Notes: generated by a model from the letters alone, not told the origin. 32,771 nt of DNA from Candidatus Muiribacteriota bacterium (GCA_051747805.1 JBNJGP010000025.1:1-32771); one strand, 5' to 3'; numbered from the stretch's first letter, positions 24,036-32,771 are shown. A program made the numbers and translations.

Positions 24036-24880
24036 TCATTTATACCTTTTTTTAATATATCAAAACACTGAAATGTTTTTTTAAAGGTGAAATTTGTCCT
24101 AGACTGAGTTTCTGAAATATCAAGTCCACCTTTTAAGGGTCTGGCCGCCTTCTGATTCAGCTCGGAAGTTTTAACAGGAAGTATCAGCTTTTTACTGAAT
24201 CCCATAGTTTCTGCAAAACTACAGGCAAATTCATACCTGGATAAATAATCCTGACTTCCAGAATGAAAAACCCCTTTAAAATTATTTTCCATTAAAAAAA
24301 TAGTAAAATCTGCTAAATCTTCCACAAAACATGGGTTTGAATATTGATCATCCACTATTCTGACAAGTTTTTCTTCTTTCAACTGTTTATAAAGCCAGTT
24401 TAAAAAATCCGCCCTGCCAGCCCCGCCATAGACAACATTAGTTCTAATTAATGAACTTGAAAGATTATTTCTTTTTAACATTTCAACTTCAGATATAAGC
24501 TTTGATAATCCATAATAATTAACAGGATTAGGAATATCATTTATTGAATAAGGACCCTTTTTGCCATCAAAAATATAATCTGTTGAATAGTGAATAAAAT
24601 GAGCATTAATTTCCCCGCAGAATTCTGCCATTTTTGCAACAGCCTGGGAGTTGACTTCAAAAGCATCCTCTTTAAACAAATCACAGTTATCAACACTTGT
24701 CATAGCAGCACAGTTAATTAAAATATCAGGGCGCACTTCATCTAAAATATTTAAAAAAGAACGTTTTGTAATATCTATATCAGGAAGGTCTACCTCAAAC
24801 ACAGAGTAGTGCCCGGTAATTTTTTTGATAATCGTCTGTCCAAGCAAACCACGCGCACCGGTAATAACTAAATTTTTCAT
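24032..24880 (-). CDS. rfbD: dTDP-4-dehydrorhamnose reductase (RmlD family)
   Basis: ITGARGLLG, NCAAMTSVD, STDYIFDG, PVNYYGLSK, DDQYSNP. Confidence 0.88.
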   Translation of the reverse strand: MKNLVITGARGLLGQTIIKKITGHYSVFEVDLPDIDITKRSFLNILDEVRPDILINCAAMTSVDNCDLFKEDAFEVNSQAVAKMAEFCGEINAHFIHYSTDYIFDGKKGPYSINDIPNPVNYYGLSKLISEVEMLKRNNLSSSLIRTNVVYGGAGRADFLNWLYKQLKEEKLVRIVDDQYSNPCFVEDLADFTIFLMENNFKGVFHSGSQDYLSRYEFACSFAETMGFSKKLILPVKTSELNQKAARPLKGGLDISETQSRTNFTFKKTFQCFDILKKGINE

Positions 24881-24955
24881 AGATAAATTTTAACATAAAG
24901 AAAAAACTCTGTCCAAAATTTTAATTATCAAAAGATAACAATTAAAAAACTTTAA

Positions 24956-25348
24956 TTAACATCTGTTTTTTAAATCAATTTTCATCTTAGAAGTTGAAAT
25001 ACCATAAGTCCTTTTAAGATAAATTACCTTACAAAAATCTTTCAAATAATTAAATTTCCCCTTCCAGTCATCACCCATAACAAAAATATCAATGTTATTA
25101 ATTTTAATATCTTCTTCTTTCTGTTCCCAATTATTTTCGGGAATAATTTCATCAACAAATCGTACAGCCTCAAGAATTTCTTTTCTACTTTCGTAATTTT
25201 GATAAGCTGTTTTACACTTGATTTCATTAAATTCATCTGTTGATAGCCCAACTACAAGATAATCCCCAAGTTCTTTGGCCCTTTTTAAAAGTCTTATATG
25301 CCCTACATGAAGCAGATCATAGGTTCCATATGTAATAACTTTTTTCAT
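24956..25348 (-). CDS. tagD: Glycerol-3-phosphate cytidylyltransferase
   Basis: KKVITYGTYDLLHVGH, GLSTDEFN, MGDDWKGKF, RTYGISTS. ATG at 25348 follows GAGG; alternative GTG at 25354. Confidence 0.92.
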   Translation of the reverse strand: MKKVITYGTYDLLHVGHIRLLKRAKELGDYLVVGLSTDEFNEIKCKTAYQNYESRKEILEAVRFVDEIIPENNWEQKEEDIKINNIDIFVMGDDWKGKFNYLKDFCKVIYLKRTYGISTSKMKIDLKNRC

Positions 25349-25350
25349 TT

Positions 25351-26556
25351 TCACCTCATTAGAAAAGAAAAAATTCTTTTAGAAGCGTTTCCGTCATAAA
25401 ATTTAAACGCAACCTTCTTAACTTTTTCTCTTTCTTTTAAATAATATTTTTCTTTTTTTAAAATATTCAAAACTTCAAACTCAAACTCAATTTTACTTTT
25501 AACTTTAGGTCCACAACCAAAAAAGTTATAATCAAATTTAATATCCCTATCTTTACCAGTATATTTTTCAAAATCATAACAAAAAAACAATACCGGTTTA
25601 TGACTTAACAAATAATCAATATAAATTGAAGAATAATCTGTAATTAATAAATCACATAATCGCATAAACGGATAAACGTCTTTTGAATTATCATAAAAAA
25701 AGATATTGTTTGAATTATATGATAAATATTTGAATTTAGGATGTGGATGAAATTTAAAAACAAAAATTAAATTATTTTTGTCTGCAAATTCACTTAATCT
25801 GTTAAATGAAACCGCTCCATCACTTAAAGGATCCCCGCCAGTATCTCTAAAAGTAGGGGCCCATAAAACTATCCTTTTACCTTCTTTTTTTAATTTTTGG
25901 CATTTTAAATAGGTTTTTAAATCAACATTTATTAAATTTTTGTCTCGCATATTAAAAAAAATATCATTTCTCGGAAAACCAGTTACTTCCATTTTCCAGT
26001 AATTAAATGCTTTTTTAAAATAATTTTTGGCAAAAAATTCTGAACTTGCTGTAATCAAATTATAATCAGCAAACCTGCCGGTAATTTTTCTCCATTTTCT
26101 AAATGGCCGGGATTTTGGGTTATCAAGCTCAATCCTTTTTAAACCACTTCCATGCCAGAGCTGAACTTTAAAAACTTTCCATAAAATCTGATATTTAAAA
26201 ATATCAGTCCACTGATCACTGTCAACTATAACTTTATCGCAAGTTAATAATTTATAAAAACTTTTAAGGGTAGGATGAAAAATAACCCTTATATTATTTT
26301 TTTTAAGATAAACATAATGCTCAAAATTTTGGGTTAAAAAATAATAATCAATTTCTTTTTTATTTTCTGATACATAAAGATAAAAATATTTTACATTATC
26401 TAAAAACCTGCCATCATCACGCCCTATAAAAATCCATCTATTTTTTTTCCTTTTAAATATTAATCCAAGTGGGAAAAAAAATCCCCAGCCTAAAACGAAT
26501 TTAAAAAAAGTATTTAATCCAGAAACTATATATTTACTTGCAACAAGTCCAATCAT
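25351..26556 (-). CDS. CDP-glycerol glycerophosphotransferase (TagF/TagB family)
   Basis: QLWHG, TGFPRND, WAPTFRD, KFHP, LITDYSS motifs; adjacent to tagD. Confidence 0.92.
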   Translation of the reverse strand: MIGLVASKYIVSGLNTFFKFVLGWGFFFPLGLIFKRKKNRWIFIGRDDGRFLDNVKYFYLYVSENKKEIDYYFLTQNFEHYVYLKKNNIRVIFHPTLKSFYKLLTCDKVIVDSDQWTDIFKYQILWKVFKVQLWHGSGLKRIELDNPKSRPFRKWRKITGRFADYNLITASSEFFAKNYFKKAFNYWKMEVTGFPRNDIFFNMRDKNLINVDLKTYLKCQKLKKEGKRIVLWAPTFRDTGGDPLSDGAVSFNRLSEFADKNNLIFVFKFHPHPKFKYLSYNSNNIFFYDNSKDVYPFMRLCDLLITDYSSIYIDYLLSHKPVLFFCYDFEKYTGKDRDIKFDYNFFGCGPKVKSKIEFEFEVLNILKKEKYYLKEREKVKKVAFKFYDGNASKRIFSFLMR

Positions 26557-26653
26557 ATAAAAATATTATCATAGACAAGAAAAAAAAAATATAGTAAATT
26601 ATAACTTGAGTTTAACAAAAAACAGAAAAATTAACCTGTAAACATTTATAAAA

Positions 26654-26760
26654 AGTAAAGTTGACTAAAGTCAACAGTAAACGACCAAAGGTCGAGTAAA
26701 GTCGAGTTCATCGACAGTAAAGACAGGTAAAAAGCTGTCATGCCGGGCTTGCCCAGGCAT
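26654..26760. repeat. Array of four AGTAAA-linked hairpins plus a GC-rich REP-like palindrome
   Basis: AGTAAA at 26654, 26676, 26695 and 26716, each followed directly by a different perfect 5-6 bp stem; then ATGCC-GGGC-tt-GCCC-a-GGCAT. Confidence 0.8.
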
Positions 26761-26800
26761 CTAGTGACTTTGCTTTTGATTGCTGAAGTTAAAAATAATT

Positions 26801-27130
26801 ATGAAAAAAATTCTGATAATTAACCTTTTTAAAAATAAAGAAAAAAATTTCAAATTAATTTTAAATACATTTCCACCTGAAAAATACTCCCATATAATAT
26901 ATACAGAAATCCCTGACATAAATTTAAAACAATTTGAAAATATAATTTTTATTCAACCAACCCAGTATGACAAGGATTTTTTAAAAGAATATCTCATGCT
27001 GAAACAAAAAAATGTAAAAAAATTAATTATTTTAAAACAAAATAAATTAAAAATTAAAAATCTGAAAAATATTTATTATCAGGATTATTTAATTATTAAA
27101 ACACTTAAATTTTTAAAATTAATAAGATGA
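26801..27130 (+). CDS. Hypothetical protein (K/I/L-rich), coupled to the downstream GT4
   Basis: ATG at 26801 (MKKILIINL); stop overlaps the next ATG (ATGA). No recognisable motif. Confidence 0.55.
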   Translation: MKKILIINLFKNKEKNFKLILNTFPPEKYSHIIYTEIPDINLKQFENIIFIQPTQYDKDFLKEYLMLKQKNVKKLIILKQNKLKIKNLKNIYYQDYLIIKTLKFLKLIR

Positions 27131-28212
27131 AAAAAAATATACTTTTTATTATTCCAACATTAAACGGCGGCGGTTCAGAGAGAATTGTAAGTTATCTTTT
27201 AAAATATCTTGATCGAAATAAATTCTCTCTTTCAATTGCCCTTTTTGAAAAAGAAGGCGTATATTTAAAATATATACCAAAAGATGTGAAAATTTTTAAC
27301 CTTAAAAAAAAATTAAAACTTGATGTAATAAAATACATGTACAAATTAAATTTAAAAGTAATTCCAGAAATTAACCCCGATATAATAATCAGTTTTTTAG
27401 ATCACACAAATATACTAACTATAATATCTAAACTATTTCACTTTAATAATTTCAAAGTAATTGTAAGCCAGAGACATAATATAAATAAAAATTTCAAAGC
27501 AAACTATTTAATATATAATCTAGTTAAAATGTTTTATCCATTTGCAGATATTATAACCTGTTTATCAAGTGGTATCGTAGCTGATCTTAAAAAATTAAAC
27601 ATTCCCGCTAAAAAATTAAAAATTCTTCATAATGGTGTTAACACAAATCTTATAAAAGCTAACTTAAAAAATAAAATTGACTTTAAAACACCAACAATTA
27701 TATCATGTGGCAGACTGACAAAAGTTAAAAACTTTCCACTTCTTTTAAATGCTTTCAAACTTGTCCTGAAAAACAAAAAATGCCAGTTAATAATTTTAGG
27801 AAAAGGGCCAGATGAAAAAGTCTTAAAAGAATATACTCACAAACTGAAAATTCAAAAACAAGTAAATTTTCTTGGTTTTAAAGAAAATCCTTTTAAATTT
27901 TTAAATGCTGCTGATATTTTTGTGTTAAGTTCAGAATATGAAGGATTTGGTAATGTTATACTTGAAGCTATGACATGTAAAACACCTGTTATTTCAACAA
28001 AAACCTCGGGCGCAAAAGATATAATTATTAATGATTTTAACGGGATAATACTTCAAAAAAACACAGCCTCTGAACTTGCCAAAAAAATTAATTATCTACT
28101 CGAAAATAAAAAAGTCGGAGAAAAACTTATTCAAAATTCACAGAAAACCTTAAAACAATTTTCTCTTCAAAAAATGATTAAAAACTATGAAAGTTTATTT
28201 TTTTCAATATAA
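27127..28212 (+). CDS. Glycosyltransferase family 4 (PglJ/WabH-like)
   Basis: GGGSER, HNGVN, GRLTKVKN, GFKENPF, SSEYEGFGNVILEAM. Confidence 0.9.
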   Translation: MKKNILFIIPTLNGGGSERIVSYLLKYLDRNKFSLSIALFEKEGVYLKYIPKDVKIFNLKKKLKLDVIKYMYKLNLKVIPEINPDIIISFLDHTNILTIISKLFHFNNFKVIVSQRHNINKNFKANYLIYNLVKMFYPFADIITCLSSGIVADLKKLNIPAKKLKILHNGVNTNLIKANLKNKIDFKTPTIISCGRLTKVKNFPLLLNAFKLVLKNKKCQLIILGKGPDEKVLKEYTHKLKIQKQVNFLGFKENPFKFLNAADIFVLSSEYEGFGNVILEAMTCKTPVISTKTSGAKDIIINDFNGIILQKNTASELAKKINYLLENKKVGEKLIQNSQKTLKQFSLQKMIKNYESLFFSI

Positions 28213-28910
28213 TTTTTTAAACGATTTAAATCCTCTATATCATCAACTTCCATGCACAGCTTATTTTCGTAAAATTCAGGAAGTAGTTCTAAATTTTCTA
28301 ATATTTCATTTAAAGCATTTTCAGCATATACTTTTAAATTATTATTTTTTTCAAAGTTTTCCATCTCTTTTATCCATTCTTTAATAAATTCTTTTGAAAG
28401 TTTATAAAATGGAATCATAAAAAAACAATCCTTGCCAAGTAAATCTATTCCAATTTTTAAAATTCTATTATTTTTAATTTCAGCTTTAAAATCTTTTTGA
28501 GGCAAATTTAGATTATCTTTATCAACTAAAACTGCATTCTTTTTTTCAGAGCTTAAAAGCTGTTTTAATACTTTCTGCTCAAAAACAAGATCTCCATGTA
28601 AAAGCAAAATATCTTGTTTAATTTTTTCTTTTGCAAGCAGTATAGAATAAATATAATTTGTATTTTCATAATCTGGATTATTTACATATTCAATATTTAT
28701 ATTATTAAATTCTTTTAAATGTTTTTTTATTTTTTCTTCAAAAGGCCCAGTTGTAATTAAAAAATCTTTTATACCAGCATTTTCAAGCATTTTTATCTGT
28801 CTTAAAAGAATTGTTTCTTTATCTTTAATATTAACAAGGCATTTAGGTTTATCCTCGGTAAGTTTCCCCATTCTTTTGCCTAGTCCTGAATTTAAAATAA
28901 CTGCTTTCAT
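28185..28910 (-). CDS. LicC/PntC-like phosphocholine/phosphonate cytidylyltransferase
   Basis: AVILNSGLGKRM..KPKCL, NPDYENTNYIYS, LLHGDLVF, EVDDIEDL; coupled to ppd by an ATGA overlap. Confidence 0.85.
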   Translation of the reverse strand: MKAVILNSGLGKRMGKLTEDKPKCLVNIKDKETILLRQIKMLENAGIKDFLITTGPFEEKIKKHLKEFNNINIEYVNNPDYENTNYIYSILLAKEKIKQDILLLHGDLVFEQKVLKQLLSSEKKNAVLVDKDNLNLPQKDFKAEIKNNRILKIGIDLLGKDCFFMIPFYKLSKEFIKEWIKEMENFEKNNNLKVYAENALNEILENLELLPEFYENKLCMEVDDIEDLNRLKNYIEKNKLS

Positions 28911-30010
28911 AAAAGTTGCCTCATAAAATTTTGTTTATTTTCCTGCGGGGTGGTTGTCGGTCTGCCTAAATCTTTTCTTGCACCTTTGTTAACAAAAATT
29001 TCAATAAAATCACATTCAGCTTTTAACGCCTCTATAATTTCTTTTGCACTTTTAACCTGAATTACTTTTTTATATCCAGACCCTTGTGCAATTTTTTTAA
29101 AATTAACGTTTAACCCTTCGGTATTTTGCCCACCCACAGAATCATGAGCACCATTATTTATTAAAATATGACAAAAATTTGCGGGCTTTTTATTGCTGTT
29201 TATAGTCAAAGCCCCCATATGCATCAAAGCCGCACCATCACCATCAAAACAGTAAACTTTTTTTAATGGTTTTTCTAAAGCTATCGCAAAAGCTATAGAA
29301 GAAGAATGCCCCATTGAACCAACTGTTAAAAAATCCTTTGAATGTCCCTGTTTTTTTGCTTCTCTATATTCAAAAAGCTCTCTTGAAGTTTTGCCTGTTG
29401 TTGAAACAACAACACTTTCTGCTTCAATATTATCAATAATTACTTTAACCGCTTCTTCTCTGCTCATTAAAAAATCTGTTTTTACTGTATTTTGTAGTTT
29501 ATAACTCTCAAAAGAATTCTTTTTTACAACAACTGCAACAGGTTTTAGACTTTTTTTAGAATATTCAATTAAATTATGTAATTTATTTTTATAATTTTTT
29601 TCATCTAAAATAATATAATCTATTCCCATTGTTTCCAGTAATTTTAAAGTGATTTTCCCTTGTTTTTTATGCTGAGGTTCATCTTTAATACCAGGCTCAC
29701 CCCGCCAGCCAATAATAAATATAACCGGTATTTTATAAACATCCTCATCAAGCAGGGAAATAATTGGATTAACCGCATTACCTATACCAGAGTTCTGCAT
29801 ATAAACAACAGCTGGATTTGCTGTCGCTAGATAATGCCCACAGGCTAAAGCAACTGCGTTTCCTTCATTTGGAGCAATAATATGATTTTTTTCATCTGTA
29901 TTATCACTAATATAAGCACAAAAATCTTTTAAAAGAGAATCCGGCACTCCGCTAAAAAAATTTATATTATTTTTTTTAAAAACATTATAAAAATCTTTTA
30001 CATTTATCAT
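28907..30010 (-). CDS. aepY: Phosphonopyruvate decarboxylase
   Basis: GVPDSLLK, NEGNAVA, YMQNSGIGN, DEPQH, STTGKTSREL, GSMGH, ThDP motif DGDGA...NN, HDSVGGQ. Confidence 0.95.
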   Translation of the reverse strand: MINVKDFYNVFKKNNINFFSGVPDSLLKDFCAYISDNTDEKNHIIAPNEGNAVALACGHYLATANPAVVYMQNSGIGNAVNPIISLLDEDVYKIPVIFIIGWRGEPGIKDEPQHKKQGKITLKLLETMGIDYIILDEKNYKNKLHNLIEYSKKSLKPVAVVVKKNSFESYKLQNTVKTDFLMSREEAVKVIIDNIEAESVVVSTTGKTSRELFEYREAKKQGHSKDFLTVGSMGHSSSIAFAIALEKPLKKVYCFDGDGAALMHMGALTINSNKKPANFCHILINNGAHDSVGGQNTEGLNVNFKKIAQGSGYKKVIQVKSAKEIIEALKAECDFIEIFVNKGARKDLGRPTTTPQENKQNFMRQLL

Positions 30011-31312
30011 TTATTTACCGCCAGGAATTAAATTTAATATTTCTTTTATAGGCATACAGTATTTATCACTTGCCTCACAGGCTCGCCCGTTTTCTAAAAT
30101 ACATTTTGCAGTATTTACCATCGCCGGATATGCACTTCTGATTAAATGATTTGCATAAATTATTATATTAACACCTTTTTCTTTTAACTGGTTTTCTGTT
30201 ATATGGCAATAAGATGTTGGAACAACAACAAGTGTAACTATTTTTTCAAAATTCTGATATTTTTCACAGAAATCAAAAATCTCATCCGGTTCTTTTTCTT
30301 TACTGTGAATCATAATTCCATCAGCACCCGCTTCTATATAAGCTTTTGCTCTTTTTAATGCATCATCTACACCATTTTTTAAAATCAGGCTTTCAATACG
30401 TGCAATTATCATAAAATCATCAGTAATCTGCGCTTTTTTACCCGCCCTTATTTTATCTTGAAAATTTTCAATACTATCCTGAGTCTGCTTTACATCTGTT
30501 CCAAAAAGAGAGTTTTTTTTCAACCCCTTTTTATCTTCAATAATAATTGCAGAAACCCCTAATCTTTCAAGACTTTTTACAGTATATATAAAATGTTCTA
30601 TCTGACCACCAGTATCCCCATCTAAAATAATCGGTTTTGTAGTAACTTCTAAAATATCATGGATTGTATTCATTCTAGAGGTAAAATCAACAAGCTCTAT
30701 ATCAGGTTTCCCCTTAGCGGTGGAATCACATAAAGAGCTTATCCACATACCATCAAACTCTTTAATTTTTCCCTCTTTTTCTATTTTTGTTTTCTCGGCT
30801 ATAAGACCAGTTAAACCATTATGAGCTTCAAGTATTCTGACAACAGGTTTTAACTTAATCAACTGTTTTAATTTTGCCATTCTAACATTTGGAGTAGTTC
30901 CTATTTTTTGAATAGCCTCATCAAGTTTACTAATTGAAACCCCCTTTGTATAACTAGTTTCAACAAGCTCACCATTCCACTCTTTAAGCAAATTAATTAC
31001 TTTTTGTCGGATTTTACTTTGAACACCCTCTTTCCAGTCATCACCGTGAACTACATAATCTGGTTTTATTTTCCTTAAATTTTCTTCATAATCAAGAGTA
31101 TTCTGAGCCACCACTTTGCTTACACCTTTTATATTTTCAATAATTGTTTTTCTCTGCTCAAATGGAAGAAGTGGAAGCCGTTTATAGTCTGCAATAACTT
31201 CATCAGTTAAAACTCCTACAATAACCTCACCAAGCTCTGCTGCCTTTTTAATTATATTAATATGACCGTTATGAATTATATCTGCACTCATTGCAACATA
31301 AACTTTTTTCAT
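30011..31312 (-). CDS. aepX: Cytidylyltransferase-phosphoenolpyruvate mutase fusion
   Basis: N-terminal HNGH CTP-transferase domain with HGDDW; PEP mutase signature [10 protein letters not shown] (EDK-X5-NS), DGDTG, ARIESL. Confidence 0.96.
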   Translation of the reverse strand: MKKVYVAMSADIIHNGHINIIKKAAELGEVIVGVLTDEVIADYKRLPLLPFEQRKTIIENIKGVSKVVAQNTLDYEENLRKIKPDYVVHGDDWKEGVQSKIRQKVINLLKEWNGELVETSYTKGVSISKLDEAIQKIGTTPNVRMAKLKQLIKLKPVVRILEAHNGLTGLIAEKTKIEKEGKIKEFDGMWISSLCDSTAKGKPDIELVDFTSRMNTIHDILEVTTKPIILDGDTGGQIEHFIYTVKSLERLGVSAIIIEDKKGLKKNSLFGTDVKQTQDSIENFQDKIRAGKKAQITDDFMIIARIESLILKNGVDDALKRAKAYIEAGADGIMIHSKEKEPDEIFDFCEKYQNFEKIVTLVVVPTSYCHITENQLKEKGVNIIIYANHLIRSAYPAMVNTAKCILENGRACEASDKYCMPIKEILNLIPGGK

Positions 31313-31378
31313 AAAATATCCTTTAAATACTTTTTTTAAAATATCAATGTTTCACTTCCTGAAAAGAAAGTTTATCAA

Positions 31379-31406
31379 AAAGTTTCTTTCACTACAAAGA
31401 AACTTT
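31379..31406. repeat. 11-bp stem hairpin between the reductase gene and aepX
   Basis: AAAGTTTCTTT-cactac-AAAGAAACTTT; followed by T-rich sequence on the minus strand. Confidence 0.6.
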
Positions 31407-31457
31407 GCTAAAAAGGATTTTCTCTTTTTTCATTGAGAATTGCTATGGTCGCATGCT

Positions 31458-32771
31458 TTAATAAATATTTTTTAGTACTTTTAAAACCATTTCTTTTGAA
31501 ATCTCAACCGGATTATTATTCATTCTCTCAGGAGTAAAACATTCATCTGCAAGAGTTTCAAGCTCTTCAAACTTTACCCCATAATCTTTTAATTTATAAG
31601 AAATATCCACTTTATTAAAAATAAATTTAATAAAATTATCAATATGCTTATCCTCTTTGGCATTAAAAGCTTTTATAAAATTATCAAGTTCCAGCATTTT
31701 ATCTTTATTAATTTTAAATAATTCAAATAAAGTCATACTAGTTGCAACACCATGAGCAATATTATACTTCATTGAAAGCGGATAAGAAATTGAATGACAA
31801 GCTGTTGTTTTAGTCTGAGAAAAAGCAAGCCCCGCATTTAAACTAGTCTCCAGAATCTTTTCCCTTAAACTTAAATTAGATAAATCATCAAGAAGCTCCG
31901 GTAAATATACTGTTATTGCCTTAATTGCTTTAATTGCATTATCCCGGACAACAGGGTTTGATTTTTTAGCCCAGTAAGCCTCAACAGCATGAGATAAAGC
32001 ATCAAGAGCAGTTGTGGCAGTAAGTTTTTCCGGCATAGTTAAGGTAAGTTTTGGAGCCATAACAGCAAGCGCCGGATATAAAAATTCAGCTTCTATAGAA
32101 TATTTTTTTAGATTTTTCTTATCCCAGATAGTTGCCCAGCGAGTAACCTCTGACCCTGTTCCCGCAGTTGTTGGAATCGCAACTATCGGTAAATAGTTTT
32201 TATTTTCTATATATTTTTTTTCTATAATATTTTCTCTTAATTGCTCTTCTTTTTTAAATTCATATCCGTTAAAACAGCTTATAGCTTTTGCTGTATCAAT
32301 AATACTGCCACCACCAATTGCAAGGATTAAATCAAACTCTTTATCATCAAGCTCTTTTTTTAGCTTATAAATATCCTCAATATCGGGATTTGAAATATTC
32401 AGACTTTTTTTATAAACATTAAACTGTTTAAGACCTTGTGATATTTCATTGCAAAAAATATTTTCCTCTAAAAAAAAACAATTTCCGATTAATAAAATAT
32501 TTTGTTTAAAAGCTAAATTATTTATTATTACATTACCAATATTTTCTAAAGAATTTAAGTAAATTACTGTTAACTTATTTGTCAGAGCATTATCTTTAAA
32601 ATTTTTTAAATCATCAAAACTTAAATTTTTACGGACAACTTTCCAATCACCATAAAGCACTTTTAAATAATCTTTGAATTGATACGGAACTCTTATTTTT
32701 TTATTCTTATACTCAATATATTCATGTTTTTTAAAAAACTTTTCATCGCTGTCGGTAATATAGGATTTTGC
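31458..32771 (-). CDS. Partial (5'-truncated) LicD-like domain fused to an iron-containing alcohol dehydrogenase, probable phosphonoacetaldehyde reductase
   Basis: Fe-ADH motifs GGGSIIDTAKA, IPTTAGTGSEVT, DALSHAVE, CHSISY..IAHG. The frame stays open for 37 codons beyond the ORF-track start to the window edge, reading ...KIRVPYQFKDYLKVLYGDWK, which resembles a LicD C-terminus. Confidence 0.85.
   Translation of the reverse strand, partial: AKSYITDSDEKFFKKHEYIEYKNKKIRVPYQFKDYLKVLYGDWKVVRKNLSFDDLKNFKDNALTNKLTVIYLNSLENIGNVIINNLAFKQNILLIGNCFFLEENIFCNEISQGLKQFNVYKKSLNISNPDIEDIYKLKKELDDKEFDLILAIGGGSIIDTAKAISCFNGYEFKKEEQLRENIIEKKYIENKNYLPIVAIPTTAGTGSEVTRWATIWDKKNLKKYSIEAEFLYPALAVMAPKLTLTMPEKLTATTALDALSHAVEAYWAKKSNPVVRDNAIKAIKAITVYLPELLDDLSNLSLREKILETSLNAGLAFSQTKTTACHSISYPLSMKYNIAHGVATSMTLFELFKINKDKMLELDNFIKAFNAKEDKHIDNFIKFIFNKVDISYKLKDYGVKFEELETLADECFTPERMNNNPVEISKEMVLKVLKNIY

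Noticed and set aside
26654..26760. CRISPR array interpretation of the linker-hairpin array
   Set aside because: The constant part is only 6 nt, the variable parts are 13-18 nt and palindromic, and no cas genes are present.
8017..32196. Small ORFs nested in or antisense to real genes (e.g. 8017-8229, 12035-12340, 21680-22021, 25042-25251, 32014-32196)
   Set aside because: They overlap well-supported CDSs and show no motifs; shadow ORFs.
32658..32660. GTG at 32660 as the start of the Fe-ADH gene
   Set aside because: There is no SD, it falls inside the YL..LYGDW motif, and the frame is open to the window edge.

Overview
Low-GC bacterial chromosomal window, read almost entirely on the minus strand. 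In transcription order (right to left) it holds: (1) a phosphonate biosynthesis cluster: a LicD-like/Fe-ADH ORF cut by the window edge, cytidylyltransferase-PEP mutase, phosphonopyruvate decarboxylase and a LicC/PntC-like cytidylyltransferase; (2) a plus-strand two-gene glycosyltransferase cassette preceded by an unusual AGTAAA-hairpin array; (3) teichoic-acid/polysaccharide genes (TagF-like, tagD, rmlD, wecB); (4) TPR-cdaA-cdaR-HEAT-dprA-topA; (5) five tRNAs (all four Ser isoacceptors plus Arg-GCG), a large SRP RNA and dnaX-ybaB-recR-thiT running into glycosyltransferase/WecA genes; (6) a complete 16S-23S-5S operon with tandem promoters and a terminator. The most interesting element is an apparent 2-hydroxyethylphosphonate surface-modification pathway. 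Its reductase appears to be fused in frame to an N-terminal LicD-type transferase, and it lies beside poly(glycerol-phosphate) genes. All family assignments come from motif recognition by eye; no searches were run.
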